This document shows positions 1 to 8,924 of a DNA stretch of 64,000 nucleotides, piece by piece. Each line of letters opens with the position of its first letter. Position 1 is the stretch's first letter. The stretch lies in assembly GCA_013214695.1 (NCBI GenBank), contig JABSRX010000001.1, positions 1,610 through 65,609 of the forward strand, given 5' to 3'. Below the pieces are notes generated by a model. The model had not been told where the DNA came from. It made no database searches and saw nothing but the letters and a program-made list of their open reading frames with translations. This DNA is from Rhizobiaceae bacterium (GTDB taxonomy: Bacteria > Pseudomonadota > Alphaproteobacteria > Rhizobiales > Rhizobiaceae). The translations under genes and the position numbers were made by a program.

Positions 1-2
1 AC

Positions 3-515
3 ATGCGCGAGGGGCACCTGGCAACCCATAAGCAGACAGAAGACCTGACTGAGATCATCAAAGGCCGTCTGGACAATACGTTGGATCACCTCAGCGGTAA
101 GGATTTATCCGTCGCAAGCCATCTGCAACCCGACCTATTGGTGGAGTGCGACCGCTTCCGCATCGGTCAGTTGCTCGACAATCTGCTTCAAAACGCAGCC
201 CGCTACACCGACGCGCCCGGCAAGATACTGATCAGCACCCGATCGCTGGACGGCAAGAATGGTCTGTCCGACCGGGTCGAGATTTGCGTTGAAGATTCGC
301 CCCCCTGCCCACCGGCATCGGCACGCGAAAAATTGTTCGACCGGTTCTACCGCGTAGAACTGTCGCGCGACCGGCGCTATGGCGGATCTGGCCTTGGCCT
401 GTCGATCTGTCGGGAAATCGTTTCGGCCCATCATGGAACAATTTCCCTTGCGCCGTCCGAACTGGGTGGCCTGAAAGTATCTGTCATCCTTCCCAACAAG
501 CAGCCTCAAACATGA
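3..515 (+). CDS. Sensor histidine kinase, C-terminal catalytic (HATPase_c) part; the 5' end lies outside the window
   Basis: The ORF is open to the window edge. It has an N-box LLDNLLQNAARYT, an F-box FDRFYRV and a G2-box GGSGLGLSICREIV. Its stop overlaps the ATG of the next gene (512-515). Confidence 0.9.
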   Translation: MREGHLATHKQTEDLTEIIKGRLDNTLDHLSGKDLSVASHLQPDLLVECDRFRIGQLLDNLLQNAARYTDAPGKILISTRSLDGKNGLSDRVEICVEDSPPCPPASAREKLFDRFYRVELSRDRRYGGSGLGLSICREIVSAHHGTISLAPSELGGLKVSVILPNKQPQT

Positions 516-1204
516 CTGAAAAACCCCACATCATCGTCATCGAAGACGAAACGACGCTGGCCGGTGTCATCAAAGACTATCTGGTCGATGCCGAAATGAA
601 AGTGACCCTGCTCCACGATGGAACGGCTGCGGTGCAGACCATTCTGGGCGTCCAGCCGGATCTCGTCGTGCTTGACATCATGCTGCCTGGCAAGGATGGC
701 ATCACGATTTGTCGCGAGGTGCGGGCGCAAAGCGAGGTGCCGATCATCATGGAGACCGCCAAAGTCGACGAGATCGACCGGTTGCTCGGCCTCGAACTGG
801 GCGCCGACGACTATCTGTGCAAACCTTTTTCACCGCGCGAACTGGTGGCGCGGGTCAAGGCCGTCTTGCGGCGCACCCGTGCGGTCGGGTCCAACGACGC
901 GCCGGACACGTCAGGAAGCGATCGTCTGCAACTGGATGAAGAAAAGTGGCTGACCAGGCTGGACGGCACCAGCATCAACCTCACCCGGCGAGAATTTCAA
1001 CTGCTGCTGGTGCTGCAGAAGAGCTCCGGGCGGGTCTATTCCCGGGCCCAACTGCTCGATGCGGTTTTCCACGACGATGCCGATGTATTCGACCGCACCA
1101 TCGACAGCCACATCAAGAACCTGCGTCAGAAGCTCAAACAGGTCGCGTCGGACTTCGACCCCATCCGCTCGGTCTATGGAGTCGGCTATGCCTATGAGCC
1201 GTAG
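512..1204 (+). CDS. OmpR/PhoB-family response regulator (BaeR-like), receiver plus winged-helix domains
   Basis: Receiver motifs are present: IIVIEDE, the phospho-acceptor context VVLDIMLPGKDG, and KPFSPRELVARVKAVLRR. The C-terminal trans_reg_C motif is LTRREFQLLLVL...GVGY. It is coupled to the upstream kinase. Confidence 0.95.
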   Translation: MTEKPHIIVIEDETTLAGVIKDYLVDAEMKVTLLHDGTAAVQTILGVQPDLVVLDIMLPGKDGITICREVRAQSEVPIIMETAKVDEIDRLLGLELGADDYLCKPFSPRELVARVKAVLRRTRAVGSNDAPDTSGSDRLQLDEEKWLTRLDGTSINLTRREFQLLLVLQKSSGRVYSRAQLLDAVFHDDADVFDRTIDSHIKNLRQKLKQVASDFDPIRSVYGVGYAYEP

Positions 1205-1391
1205 GGGGCCGGTCTCGTCGCAAAATGATCCACACGCCTTCACAAAGCCTGCACAATTCCTCCAAATCGGCTCCCATTTGACGCCCTAACGTGGTCCTCA
1301 TTGAACAGACCACGCTTCGTTCGATCGAGCATTCGCCGCAATCGCCGCTGCGCCTGCACAGCCAAACGGACAAACTGAGAAAGGCTTCCAG

Positions 1392-2252
1392 ATGCCCCGT
1401 TCAAATTTTGCTCTCAAATGTCACGGCGCCGTCGGTTCTGCTGCCTCTGCAGCTGCGACCGCCGCTGCCGGGTTGATGGCCATGTCGATGCTGGTTTCCC
1501 CGGCGCAGGCCCACAACAACAAGGTGTCGATTACCGTGAAGGGCAATCAGCGCTGCATCGTTTCCAACGGATTGCCCAATCACAATACGGGGCAGTTTCC
1601 CAACAGCGGCAACCCGCACCGGATTTCGGAACAGAATGTCCGGCTGTGTGTGACAACCAATCCGCGCAAGCGCAGCAGTGCACGCAAGGTACGTGGTTCG
1701 ATCGGTGTCGGTATCAACGGCGTCCAGTTCCGCCCCGGCACCGCCGATTACTATGATCCGAACAGCCGCCGCGGACATAGCCGCAACCGTTCATCGGGCT
1801 GGAACCTGGATGGCTTGGGTGCTGCGCAGATGCTGGGCATGGATTCCAACAATGCTCATGTCGACCAGCGCGGTCTCTACCACTATCACGGCATATCCAA
1901 TGCGCTGGTCCGTTCCGGCAAGGGAACGCTGATCGGCTGGGCGGCCGATGGTTTTGAAATCCACTATGTCGGCAGCAAAGTGCGGTCCGGCTACCAGTTG
2001 AAAAAGGGCACCCGCCCCTCAGGCCCCGGAGGGCGCTATGACGGCACCTATGTTGAGGACTGGCAATATGTCGGCGGCGCCGGCAAACTGGATCAGTGCA
2101 ATGGCGGCAGCTTGAACGGCAAGTTCGTCTATTTTGCCACCGAGACCTTTCCTTTCCTGCCGCACTGTCTGTGGGGCAGCGTGAGCCGCGACTTCGCACA
2201 GCAACGCGGCGGTGGCGGCGGCGACCGTGCTGCATTCCTGCGCAACAATTAG
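1392..2252 (+). CDS. Secreted YHYH-domain protein (function unknown, predicted periplasmic)
   Basis: An Ala-rich N-terminal signal peptide ends in AQAHN. The eponymous GLYHYHG motif is present. A Gly run (GGGGGD) lies near the C-terminus. Confidence 0.7.
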   Translation: MPRSNFALKCHGAVGSAASAAATAAAGLMAMSMLVSPAQAHNNKVSITVKGNQRCIVSNGLPNHNTGQFPNSGNPHRISEQNVRLCVTTNPRKRSSARKVRGSIGVGINGVQFRPGTADYYDPNSRRGHSRNRSSGWNLDGLGAAQMLGMDSNNAHVDQRGLYHYHGISNALVRSGKGTLIGWAADGFEIHYVGSKVRSGYQLKKGTRPSGPGGRYDGTYVEDWQYVGGAGKLDQCNGGSLNGKFVYFATETFPFLPHCLWGSVSRDFAQQRGGGGGDRAAFLRNN

Positions 2253-2494
2253 CGGCAGGGCGCGCAACCGGCCAACCGTCGCAACGGACCGCGCAACGCC
2301 TCAGCGCGGCGGGGCCCACCGGCCGAGGCTCAGGCCGTCTGCCGCGGTCGCTCAGCCGGCACGCGCTGCACCTTCACAGCGCCCCGTCGCAATCATCAGA
2401 TCACTGGACGATGCCGCACCGTGCGCGGTGGCGTCCGTGCATGCGTGCCTGCCCGAGGAGCATTTGTTCGCCCCTAGACTCCTCATGCACGCTC

Positions 2495-2532
2495 GGCCGC
2501 CACACCAGGTCTGCTTTATCGGTGTGGCGGCC
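2495..2532. terminator. Perfect 12-bp stem hairpin between convergent genes (YHYH gene and matB)
   Basis: ggccgccacacc (2495-2506) pairs with ggtgtggcggcc (2521-2532) across a 14-nt loop. A second small hairpin, cttgcg/cgcaag, follows at 2535-2552. Confidence 0.5.
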
Positions 2533-2552
2533 ACCTTGCGTTTTAGCGCAAG

Positions 2553-4076
2553 TTAGCTCGCAAAAAGTCCGGCCAGTTGATCACGCAGCACGTTTTTCTG
2601 AACCTTGCCCATCGTATTGCGCGGCAGTTCTTTCACCACCTCGATATGCTTTGGATGTTTGAAACGGGCCAGATGCGGCCGAATGGCTTCGCCCACAGCA
2701 TCCTGGTCGAGTCCCTCCCCTGAAGCCACCAGAACGGCCACCACCGCTTCGCCAAAGTCAGGATGCGGCACGCCGATCACGGCGCTCTCCAAAACACCTT
2801 CCTGCTCGTCCAGCACCAGTTCGATCTCCTTCGGGTAGATGTTCAGCCCACCGGAGATGATCAGGTCCTTTGACCGTCCGACAATGTGGAGATAGCCGTC
2901 GGCATCGATCTTGCCCAGGTCGCCGGTGATGAAATAGCCATCGGCTTTGAATTCCGATGCTGTCTTTTCCGGCATGTTCCAATAGCCGGCAAAGACGTTG
3001 GGGCCTGTCACCTCAATCATGCCAACCGCTTCAGCCGCACATTCGGCGCCGCTGTCCGGGTCGCAGACCCGTACCTTGGTGCCCGGCAGCGGGAAGCCGA
3101 CCGTGCCGGCGCGGCGTTCCCCGTCATAGGGATTGGAGGTGTTCATATTCGTCTCGGTCATGCCGTAGCGCTCCAGCACACGATGGCCGGTGCGCTCCTC
3201 AAACTGAACATGGGTTTCGGCCAAAAGGGGCGCGCTGCCTGAAACAAACAGGCGCATGTGAGTCACTAATTCGCGGGTGAAACGGTCATCATCCAGCAGC
3301 CGCGTGTAGAAAGTTGGCACGCCCATCATGGTGGTGGCCTGCGGCAGATGGGCGATCATGTCGTCGACCTTGAAGGCCGGCAGGAAAATCATCGATGCAC
3401 CTGAAAGCAGGGTAACGTTGATCGCCACGAACAAACCGTGGGTGTGGAAGATCGGGAGCGCGTGCAGCAGCACATCCTGGTCGGAGAACTGCCAAAGATC
3501 GACCAGCGCCTGCGCATTCGACAGCAGGTTGTCGTGGCTTAGCATGGCGCCCTTCGAACGCCCCGTTGTGCCGGACGTATAGAGAATAGCAGCGAGATCT
3601 TCTGCCGATCGATCGACATTGGCAAAGGCTGTCTCGGCCTCTCGTGCAGCGGCAACCACCGTGCCCGAAGCCCAACCGTCGTCGCCAGTTGTGCCAAGGG
3701 TTTCCAACCGACACGCGAGCGACTGAGCCATTTCCTGATAGGCGTCCTGGTCCTTGGGATTGCAGACCAGCAAGCGGGCGCCGGAGTCGCCGACGAAATA
3801 GGACACTTCAGCAGCGGTGTAGGCGGTGTTGAGCGGCAGGAACACAGCACCGGCGCGAACGCAGGCGACATAGAGCAAGGCGGCTTCCAGTGATTTCGGC
3901 ACCTGAACGGCAACGCGATCCCCGGGTTTCACCCCGCTGTCGACCAGCCAATTTGCCAACTGACCGGAAAAATCCAGCGCCTTGCCGTAAGACCAAGATT
4001 CACCATAGGGCAGAACCGCCAGGTCGCGGGACGCATACATCTTTCCAAACAGCCCATCAAACAAGTGGTTGGTCAT
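2553..4076 (-). CDS. matB: Malonyl-CoA synthetase (AMP-dependent acyl-CoA ligase family)
   Basis: AMP-binding signatures are present: ILYTSGTTGRSKGAMLSH, YGMTET and GDLG. The N-terminus and length fit rhizobial MatB. It shares a 4-bp overlap with the upstream malonyl-CoA decarboxylase gene. Confidence 0.85.
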   Translation of the reverse strand: MTNHLFDGLFGKMYASRDLAVLPYGESWSYGKALDFSGQLANWLVDSGVKPGDRVAVQVPKSLEAALLYVACVRAGAVFLPLNTAYTAAEVSYFVGDSGARLLVCNPKDQDAYQEMAQSLACRLETLGTTGDDGWASGTVVAAAREAETAFANVDRSAEDLAAILYTSGTTGRSKGAMLSHDNLLSNAQALVDLWQFSDQDVLLHALPIFHTHGLFVAINVTLLSGASMIFLPAFKVDDMIAHLPQATTMMGVPTFYTRLLDDDRFTRELVTHMRLFVSGSAPLLAETHVQFEERTGHRVLERYGMTETNMNTSNPYDGERRAGTVGFPLPGTKVRVCDPDSGAECAAEAVGMIEVTGPNVFAGYWNMPEKTASEFKADGYFITGDLGKIDADGYLHIVGRSKDLIISGGLNIYPKEIELVLDEQEGVLESAVIGVPHPDFGEAVVAVLVASGEGLDQDAVGEAIRPHLARFKHPKHIEVVKELPRNTMGKVQKNVLRDQLAGLFAS

Positions 4077-5389
4077 GACTCTTCTTTCTCCACAATGCGC
4101 TGCATGGGCGCTGGAATTTTGGCATTCGCCAGTTGCGCAACCGACTTAGACGCAATGACATCGCCGGTATGAACAAAGGCTTCGTGCTGGCTTTCGACTT
4201 TGGGAATGTCATAGAGATAATTGACCATCACACCAAACGCGTTTTTCAACCCATTGGCTGAAATATCGGCCAGAGCGTGCAGTTCGTGCACCGCGGCTCC
4301 GTTGCTGAGATGGAAACGCGCCACCGGATCCAGAGGCAGACCATCCTGGCGCTTGGCGGTGAGCAGATATTTGGCCGCCAGCGAGCGCAGTTGATCATTG
4401 TTGGCTTCCAGGGTTTGCGGATCATCCAGCGAGGCGACAAATTCCTGCGAAACCGGCGAGTCTCCACCCTTCAGCCAGCGCACCAGACCGGGCAGCGGCG
4501 ACAGGGTTACGAAGGTCTTCAACTGGGGCAGTTCGACCGACAGATCGGCGACCACCTGCTTGATCAGAAAGTTGCCGAAGGAAATGCCGCGCAGGCCTTC
4601 CTGGCAGTTGGATATCGAGTAAAAGACGGCGGTGTCCACATCGTTACGATCCAGCTCACTGCGCTCGTCGCGCAGCACGTCCTGGACAGATCTTGGAATG
4701 CCCCGGCACAGGGCGACCTCGACAAAAACCAACGGCTCATCCGGCATGGAGGGATGAAAAAAGGCAAAGCAGCGGCGGTCATCCGGTTGCAACCGGCGCC
4801 GCAGATCATCCCAATCCTGGATCGCGTGCACGGCTTCATATTGAATGATTTTCGCCAGGATATTGGCCGGACTGTGCCAGGAGATGGGCCGAATGACCAA
4901 AAAACCACGGTTGAACCAGGAGGTGAATAGGTGGGAGAAATCGAGGTCCAGACGTTTCAGGTCCGGATGGGTCGATAAAAGGTTCAGCAACTCCTTGCGC
5001 ATTTCAACCAGCGCCGACGTGGCGCCGGGCACATGGTTCAACCGCCGCAGCAATTCCTGTCTCGGAGCTTCCGCAGCGTCTGACAAGGCCGCGAGATTGG
5101 CAGCGCTTCGATCTTCACCATAGGCCCGGGCAGCTGTTTCAACCGCCTCAACATCAATGTCCATCTGGGAATTGAGAAACTGAAAAAAGGACAGTCTGCT
5201 GGCATCATCCATCTGCTGATAGCGCGTCAGGATGGCCGATCCGATACGACGGCTCGATACTTCGCCCATGCTGGACAGCAATTCGCTGCACAGTTGCTCG
5301 ACCTCTCGGTCGTCGCTGACACCGGAAAAGATCGTTCCCCGGTCGAGGATCGATGCAATCAGGTCACCCAGAAAACCGGAATTCTTCAT
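4073..5389 (-). CDS. matA: Malonyl-CoA decarboxylase
   Basis: The MCD-family blocks are FFHPSMPDEPLVFVEVAL, ISNCQEGLRGISFGNFLIKQV and TLSPLPGLVRWL. Its stop overlaps the matB start (4073-4076). Confidence 0.9.
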   Translation of the reverse strand: MKNSGFLGDLIASILDRGTIFSGVSDDREVEQLCSELLSSMGEVSSRRIGSAILTRYQQMDDASRLSFFQFLNSQMDIDVEAVETAARAYGEDRSAANLAALSDAAEAPRQELLRRLNHVPGATSALVEMRKELLNLLSTHPDLKRLDLDFSHLFTSWFNRGFLVIRPISWHSPANILAKIIQYEAVHAIQDWDDLRRRLQPDDRRCFAFFHPSMPDEPLVFVEVALCRGIPRSVQDVLRDERSELDRNDVDTAVFYSISNCQEGLRGISFGNFLIKQVVADLSVELPQLKTFVTLSPLPGLVRWLKGGDSPVSQEFVASLDDPQTLEANNDQLRSLAAKYLLTAKRQDGLPLDPVARFHLSNGAAVHELHALADISANGLKNAFGVMVNYLYDIPKVESQHEAFVHTGDVIASKSVAQLANAKIPAPMQRIVEKEES

Positions 5390-5422
5390 CTGTTGCCTCG
5401 CATTCTGCCAGCACGGCGGAAC

Positions 5423-5809
5423 CTATTTCAGCACCACCCGCTTGGCTCCAAGCTGCGTTTCAAAGGACGGCGAGCCCTCATTGACCAGCCACTTGCGCAA
5501 CGTGAAAGTCCGAATACCCTCTGCGTGCATGGGATCATTGCGCGCCAAGTCGCGGGCATCGTCCATCGATTGCGCCCTGTATATAATAAGTCCCGCCCCA
5601 ATCATCTGTTCGCCGGTATCATCGGACAGCGGACCGGCGAGAAAAAGGCGCCCCGCCGCTTCCATCTCCTTTTGATAGGCGAGATGGCGCGGCAGCGTTG
5701 CCTGCAGTGCATCCGGTGCGGCTGCCGGCGTCGATTCTACGACAAACAACTCAAACGCCAGTGACCCGCGCTCGCGGGCAATTTCCTTGTATTCTTCCCA
5801 CAGGGGCAT
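5423..5809 (-). CDS. YciI-family protein
   Basis: About 128 aa with a YciI-like core (RHLAYQKEMEAAGRLFLAGPL...IIYRAQSMDDARDLARNDPMH). I chose the ATG at 5809, which is preceded by GGAG; the longer track ORF starts at 5848. Confidence 0.7.
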   Translation of the reverse strand: MPLWEEYKEIARERGSLAFELFVVESTPAAAPDALQATLPRHLAYQKEMEAAGRLFLAGPLSDDTGEQMIGAGLIIYRAQSMDDARDLARNDPMHAEGIRTFTLRKWLVNEGSPSFETQLGAKRVVLK

Positions 5810-5864
5810 GGCTTCAACTCCGAGGTTCCATTTCGGGCACCATAACAATCAATTCCCCAAATGA

Positions 5865-5878
5865 AAATATCGATATTT
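5865..5878. promoter_or_regulatory. Perfect 14-bp palindrome (AAATATCGATATTT) in a divergent promoter region, next to a sigma70-like TTGACT-N18-TATTTT
   Basis: Read directly at 5865-5878. TTGACT lies at 5881-5886 and tatttt about 18 nt downstream. It sits between the YciI gene (-) and the RutE-like gene (+). Confidence 0.4.
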
Positions 5879-5973
5879 ATTGACTAATATTCAAAAATGT
5901 GGGTATTTTGATCGCAAATGGAATGACCCGTTGCGCCTCTCGGTGGGCCAACAAGACCAAAGCGGAACAGTGA

Positions 5974-6624
5974 ATGTCGGATCTGGAAGCCCTGCGAAAC
6001 CAAGCACAACAGGATATTCGAGAGCTGCGCCAGCAGATCAATCATCTCGATCAACCGGCCATCGACCTCATTTTGCAACGCGCACGGTCCCATTATGCCT
6101 GGCAGGACCGGCCCGTCTCTGAAGATCAGATCAAACGCTTGTACGAAATCACCAAAATGGGCGCCACCAGCATGAACAGCTGTCCGGCCCGTTTCGTGTT
6201 CGTCACCTCCCCGGAAGGCAAGGACCGGCTGGCCAAGGCGCTCAAACCGGCCAATGTTGCCAAATTGATGGGGGCGCCGCTGACCGTCATCGTCGCCTAC
6301 GATCCGGAATTCTGGCGCGAATTGCCAAAGCTTTTCCCGCATGAAGACCGCCGCGGGCATTTCTCCGACAAACCGGCCTTTGCCGAGGAAACCGCGTTCC
6401 GCAACTCAACCCTGCAGGGCGGTTATTTGATGATCGCGGCCCGGGCCATGGGCCTGGATGTCGGTGCCATGTCCGGCTTCAGCAATGCTGCCGTTGATGA
6501 GGAGTTCTTTGCCGACTCCACACTGAAATCAAATTTCCTCTGCAATATCGGCTATGCCGATGAATCCGCGCTGTTCCAGCGGTTGCCACGCTTCGAATTT
6601 GACGAAGCGTGCTCATTTGCGTGA
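5974..6624 (+). CDS. Nitroreductase-family protein, RutE-like (putative malonic semialdehyde reductase)
   Basis: Length and blocks match RutE/YdjA-type nitroreductases: RSHYAWQDRPVSEDQIKRLYEI, SMNSCPARFVFV, GYLMIAARAMGLDVGAMSGF. Confidence 0.75.
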   Translation: MSDLEALRNQAQQDIRELRQQINHLDQPAIDLILQRARSHYAWQDRPVSEDQIKRLYEITKMGATSMNSCPARFVFVTSPEGKDRLAKALKPANVAKLMGAPLTVIVAYDPEFWRELPKLFPHEDRRGHFSDKPAFAEETAFRNSTLQGGYLMIAARAMGLDVGAMSGFSNAAVDEEFFADSTLKSNFLCNIGYADESALFQRLPRFEFDEACSFA

Positions 6625-6646
6625 AGCTGTTGTTGGAGACCGGGAT

Positions 6647-7114
6647 ATGGCACTGAATATTCGACCCAAAACAACGGTAAAGCTGAAGGCAACGGCTGAA
6701 TGTCCGTCGCACTCGTTGTCGGAAGTTGCGGTGCGTGATCTGGTATTTGCCATCGACGAGCCCATCGAACGGGACGGCACCAACAAGGGGCCTACCCCCA
6801 CTGACACCGCCATCGCCGCATTGATTGGCTGCACCAATGTCATCGGACACAAATGCGCCAACAGCCTGGGCATCGATATCGGCCACCTCAATATCTCGGC
6901 CGTCGCTGACTTCGATCGCCGGGGCGTGACCCTGGCCGAAGAAATCGACGTCCCGTTTACCCAGATCGCCCTGAAGATCGAAACCGGGGAAGTTGTCTCT
7001 CAGGAAGATCTGGATCGTCTGGCAGCGGAAGTTACCAAATTCTGCCCATTGTCCAAACTGTTCCGTCAGGCCGGCACAGTGATCAACGAGGAATGGGTCT
7101 CTAAACCAAGCTAG
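6647..7114 (+). CDS. OsmC/Ohr-family protein
   Basis: OsmC-like blocks are present: GPTPTDTAIAALIGCTNVIG and KFCPLSKL (two conserved Cys contexts). The ATG at 6647 follows GGAGAC; the longer track ORF (6554) overlaps the previous gene. Confidence 0.75.
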   Translation: MALNIRPKTTVKLKATAECPSHSLSEVAVRDLVFAIDEPIERDGTNKGPTPTDTAIAALIGCTNVIGHKCANSLGIDIGHLNISAVADFDRRGVTLAEEIDVPFTQIALKIETGEVVSQEDLDRLAAEVTKFCPLSKLFRQAGTVINEEWVSKPS

Positions 7115-7160
7115 TCGGCAGCGTCACTTTGCGCGCATGCCATCAACAGGGAGGAAAACA

Positions 7161-8264
7161 ATGTTGAAACAAGCACTGAAAACGACACGCAGAGGCCTGC
7201 TTGCAGGTGCTCTTGCAGCAGGCACAGCCCTGTCGTTCAACGCCGCACCGGTGCATGCCGCGGAGACGATCAATGTGATCGCCATCGACGGTTATCCGGC
7301 CCGCGCCATGTGGGTGAAGGAGTTTTCCGGCTTCTTCATTCCGCGCGTCAATGAACTGCTGGCAGCCAAGGGCAATTATGAAATCAACTGGCAGGAAGCC
7401 TATGGCGGCACCATCGTCAAGCCGCGTGGCGTGCTCGAAGGTATCAAGCTGGGCCTGGGCGATATCGGCATTGTGACAACCATCTTCCACAACTCGAAAC
7501 TGCCAAGTCAGGGCATTTCCGCGGTGACGCCGTTCATTTCGGCTGACGCCCGCGTGGTGGCCAAGGCGGTTGACGAAATTGCCAAGGAATTCCCGCAGAT
7601 GGCGGCCGAGCTGGACGCTGAAAATCAAGTCTATCTGGCAACTGGCGTGGTGCTCGACACCTATCAGATGTTCTCCAAGACACCGATCAATTCACTGGCC
7701 GACCTGCAGGGCAAGAAAGTTGCCGGCGCCGGTTACAACCTGCGTTACCTGGAAGGCATCGAAGGAGCAGCCGGCGTACGTGGCGGCCTGCCGAACTTCT
7801 ACAACATGCTGCAGACCGGCGTTGTCGACGCGGCTATGCTGTGGCCAGAAGCGGCCAAGACCTTCAAGATCGCCGAAGTTGCTCCTTACATGCTGAAAGC
7901 GGATCTGGGCGCGGTGAACTCCAAAACCGTGACCGTCAACAAGGACGTTTGGGCGAAGCTGCCTGACGAAGTCAAAGGTGTTCTGCAACAGGTTGCGGTT
8001 GAATATCGTGACCATGTGGCAGGCGTTGCCATGGACCGCGCTGCGGCTTCCCTGGATGCCTACAAGGCCGGTGGCGGCACGGTTGTTGAACTGTCTGCCG
8101 AAGCCCGCGCAGCCTGGGCCAAGTCAATGCCGAACATTGCTGCTGACTGGGCCAAGAAGCTGGACGGTGCCGGTGCACCTGGTTCCGATATGCTGAAAGC
8201 CTACACAGCCAAGCTGAAGGCTGCTGGCCAGAACCCAGTCCGCGACTGGGCCAGCGAACTTTAA
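7161..8264 (+). CDS. TRAP transporter substrate-binding protein (DctP family), Tat/Sec signal
   Basis: The signal is TTRRGLLAGALAAGTALSFNAAPVHA. The ATG at 7161 follows GGGAGGA. It is followed by DctQ- and DctM-type genes. Confidence 0.85.
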   Translation: MLKQALKTTRRGLLAGALAAGTALSFNAAPVHAAETINVIAIDGYPARAMWVKEFSGFFIPRVNELLAAKGNYEINWQEAYGGTIVKPRGVLEGIKLGLGDIGIVTTIFHNSKLPSQGISAVTPFISADARVVAKAVDEIAKEFPQMAAELDAENQVYLATGVVLDTYQMFSKTPINSLADLQGKKVAGAGYNLRYLEGIEGAAGVRGGLPNFYNMLQTGVVDAAMLWPEAAKTFKIAEVAPYMLKADLGAVNSKTVTVNKDVWAKLPDEVKGVLQQVAVEYRDHVAGVAMDRAAASLDAYKAGGGTVVELSAEARAAWAKSMPNIAADWAKKLDGAGAPGSDMLKAYTAKLKAAGQNPVRDWASEL

Positions 8265-8303
8265 CGAAACAGGGCGCGGCAAAGCGGCGGAGAGGCATAA
8301 TCG

Positions 8304-8924
8304 ATGAACGAACTCATTCACCGAATTACCGCGCCCGTTGTCTCCGTGGCGATCGTGTCAAACGCGATCGGCACGTTGGTTATCTTCCTTTTGGTCGGCA
8401 TCATGAATGTCGATATCATCGCCCGCGGGGTGTTCCATGCACCGCTGCGCGGCGTTGTTGAAATTGTCATTTTTTCTCTCGTCCTGATCGTCTTCCTGCA
8501 GCTGCCCGACGTAGTGCGCAGCAACCGGTTGACTCGATCGGACGGATTTTTGGTGTTTGCTGAAACACGATTTCCCAATTTTGCCCACTATGCATCGCGG
8601 ACCATCGACCTGGTCGCCGGCATCTTCATGGGCCTGATCGCCTGGACCGTCTATCCGGAATTCGTCGAGTCGATCGAAACCTGCCACTTTATCACGCCAC
8701 CGGAATTCGGTGCGCCGCCGACGGGTGAGTTCTTCACCGATCTGGCCGCCGCCTTTGCGCGCTGCGAATATTTCGGCACGCCTGGCATCTTCACCGCCCC
8801 CTGGTGGCCGGCGAAGCTGGCGATCTTTTTCAGTGTCACCCTGTGCTGCATCATCTTCGTGCTGAAGGCCCTGACGGGCAAACGCAAGCCGGTCCTTGTT
8901 GATGAAAGTGAGAGCCCGGTATGA
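8304..8924 (+). CDS. TRAP transporter small permease (DctQ family)
   Basis: A polytopic hydrophobic protein lying between the DctP and DctM genes. It shares a 4-bp overlap with the large permease (8921-8924). Confidence 0.8.
   Translation: MNELIHRITAPVVSVAIVSNAIGTLVIFLLVGIMNVDIIARGVFHAPLRGVVEIVIFSLVLIVFLQLPDVVRSNRLTRSDGFLVFAETRFPNFAHYASRTIDLVAGIFMGLIAWTVYPEFVESIETCHFITPPEFGAPPTGEFFTDLAAAFARCEYFGTPGIFTAPWWPAKLAIFFSVTLCCIIFVLKALTGKRKPVLVDESESPV

Noticed and set aside
2253-2552. Several ORFs (for example 2096-2662 and 2212-2556) and possible RNA genes in the 300-bp gap after the YHYH gene.
   Set aside because: The translations are Arg/Pro/Ala-rich junk. The region is best explained by convergent terminator hairpins. 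I saw no tRNA-like or riboswitch-like pattern.
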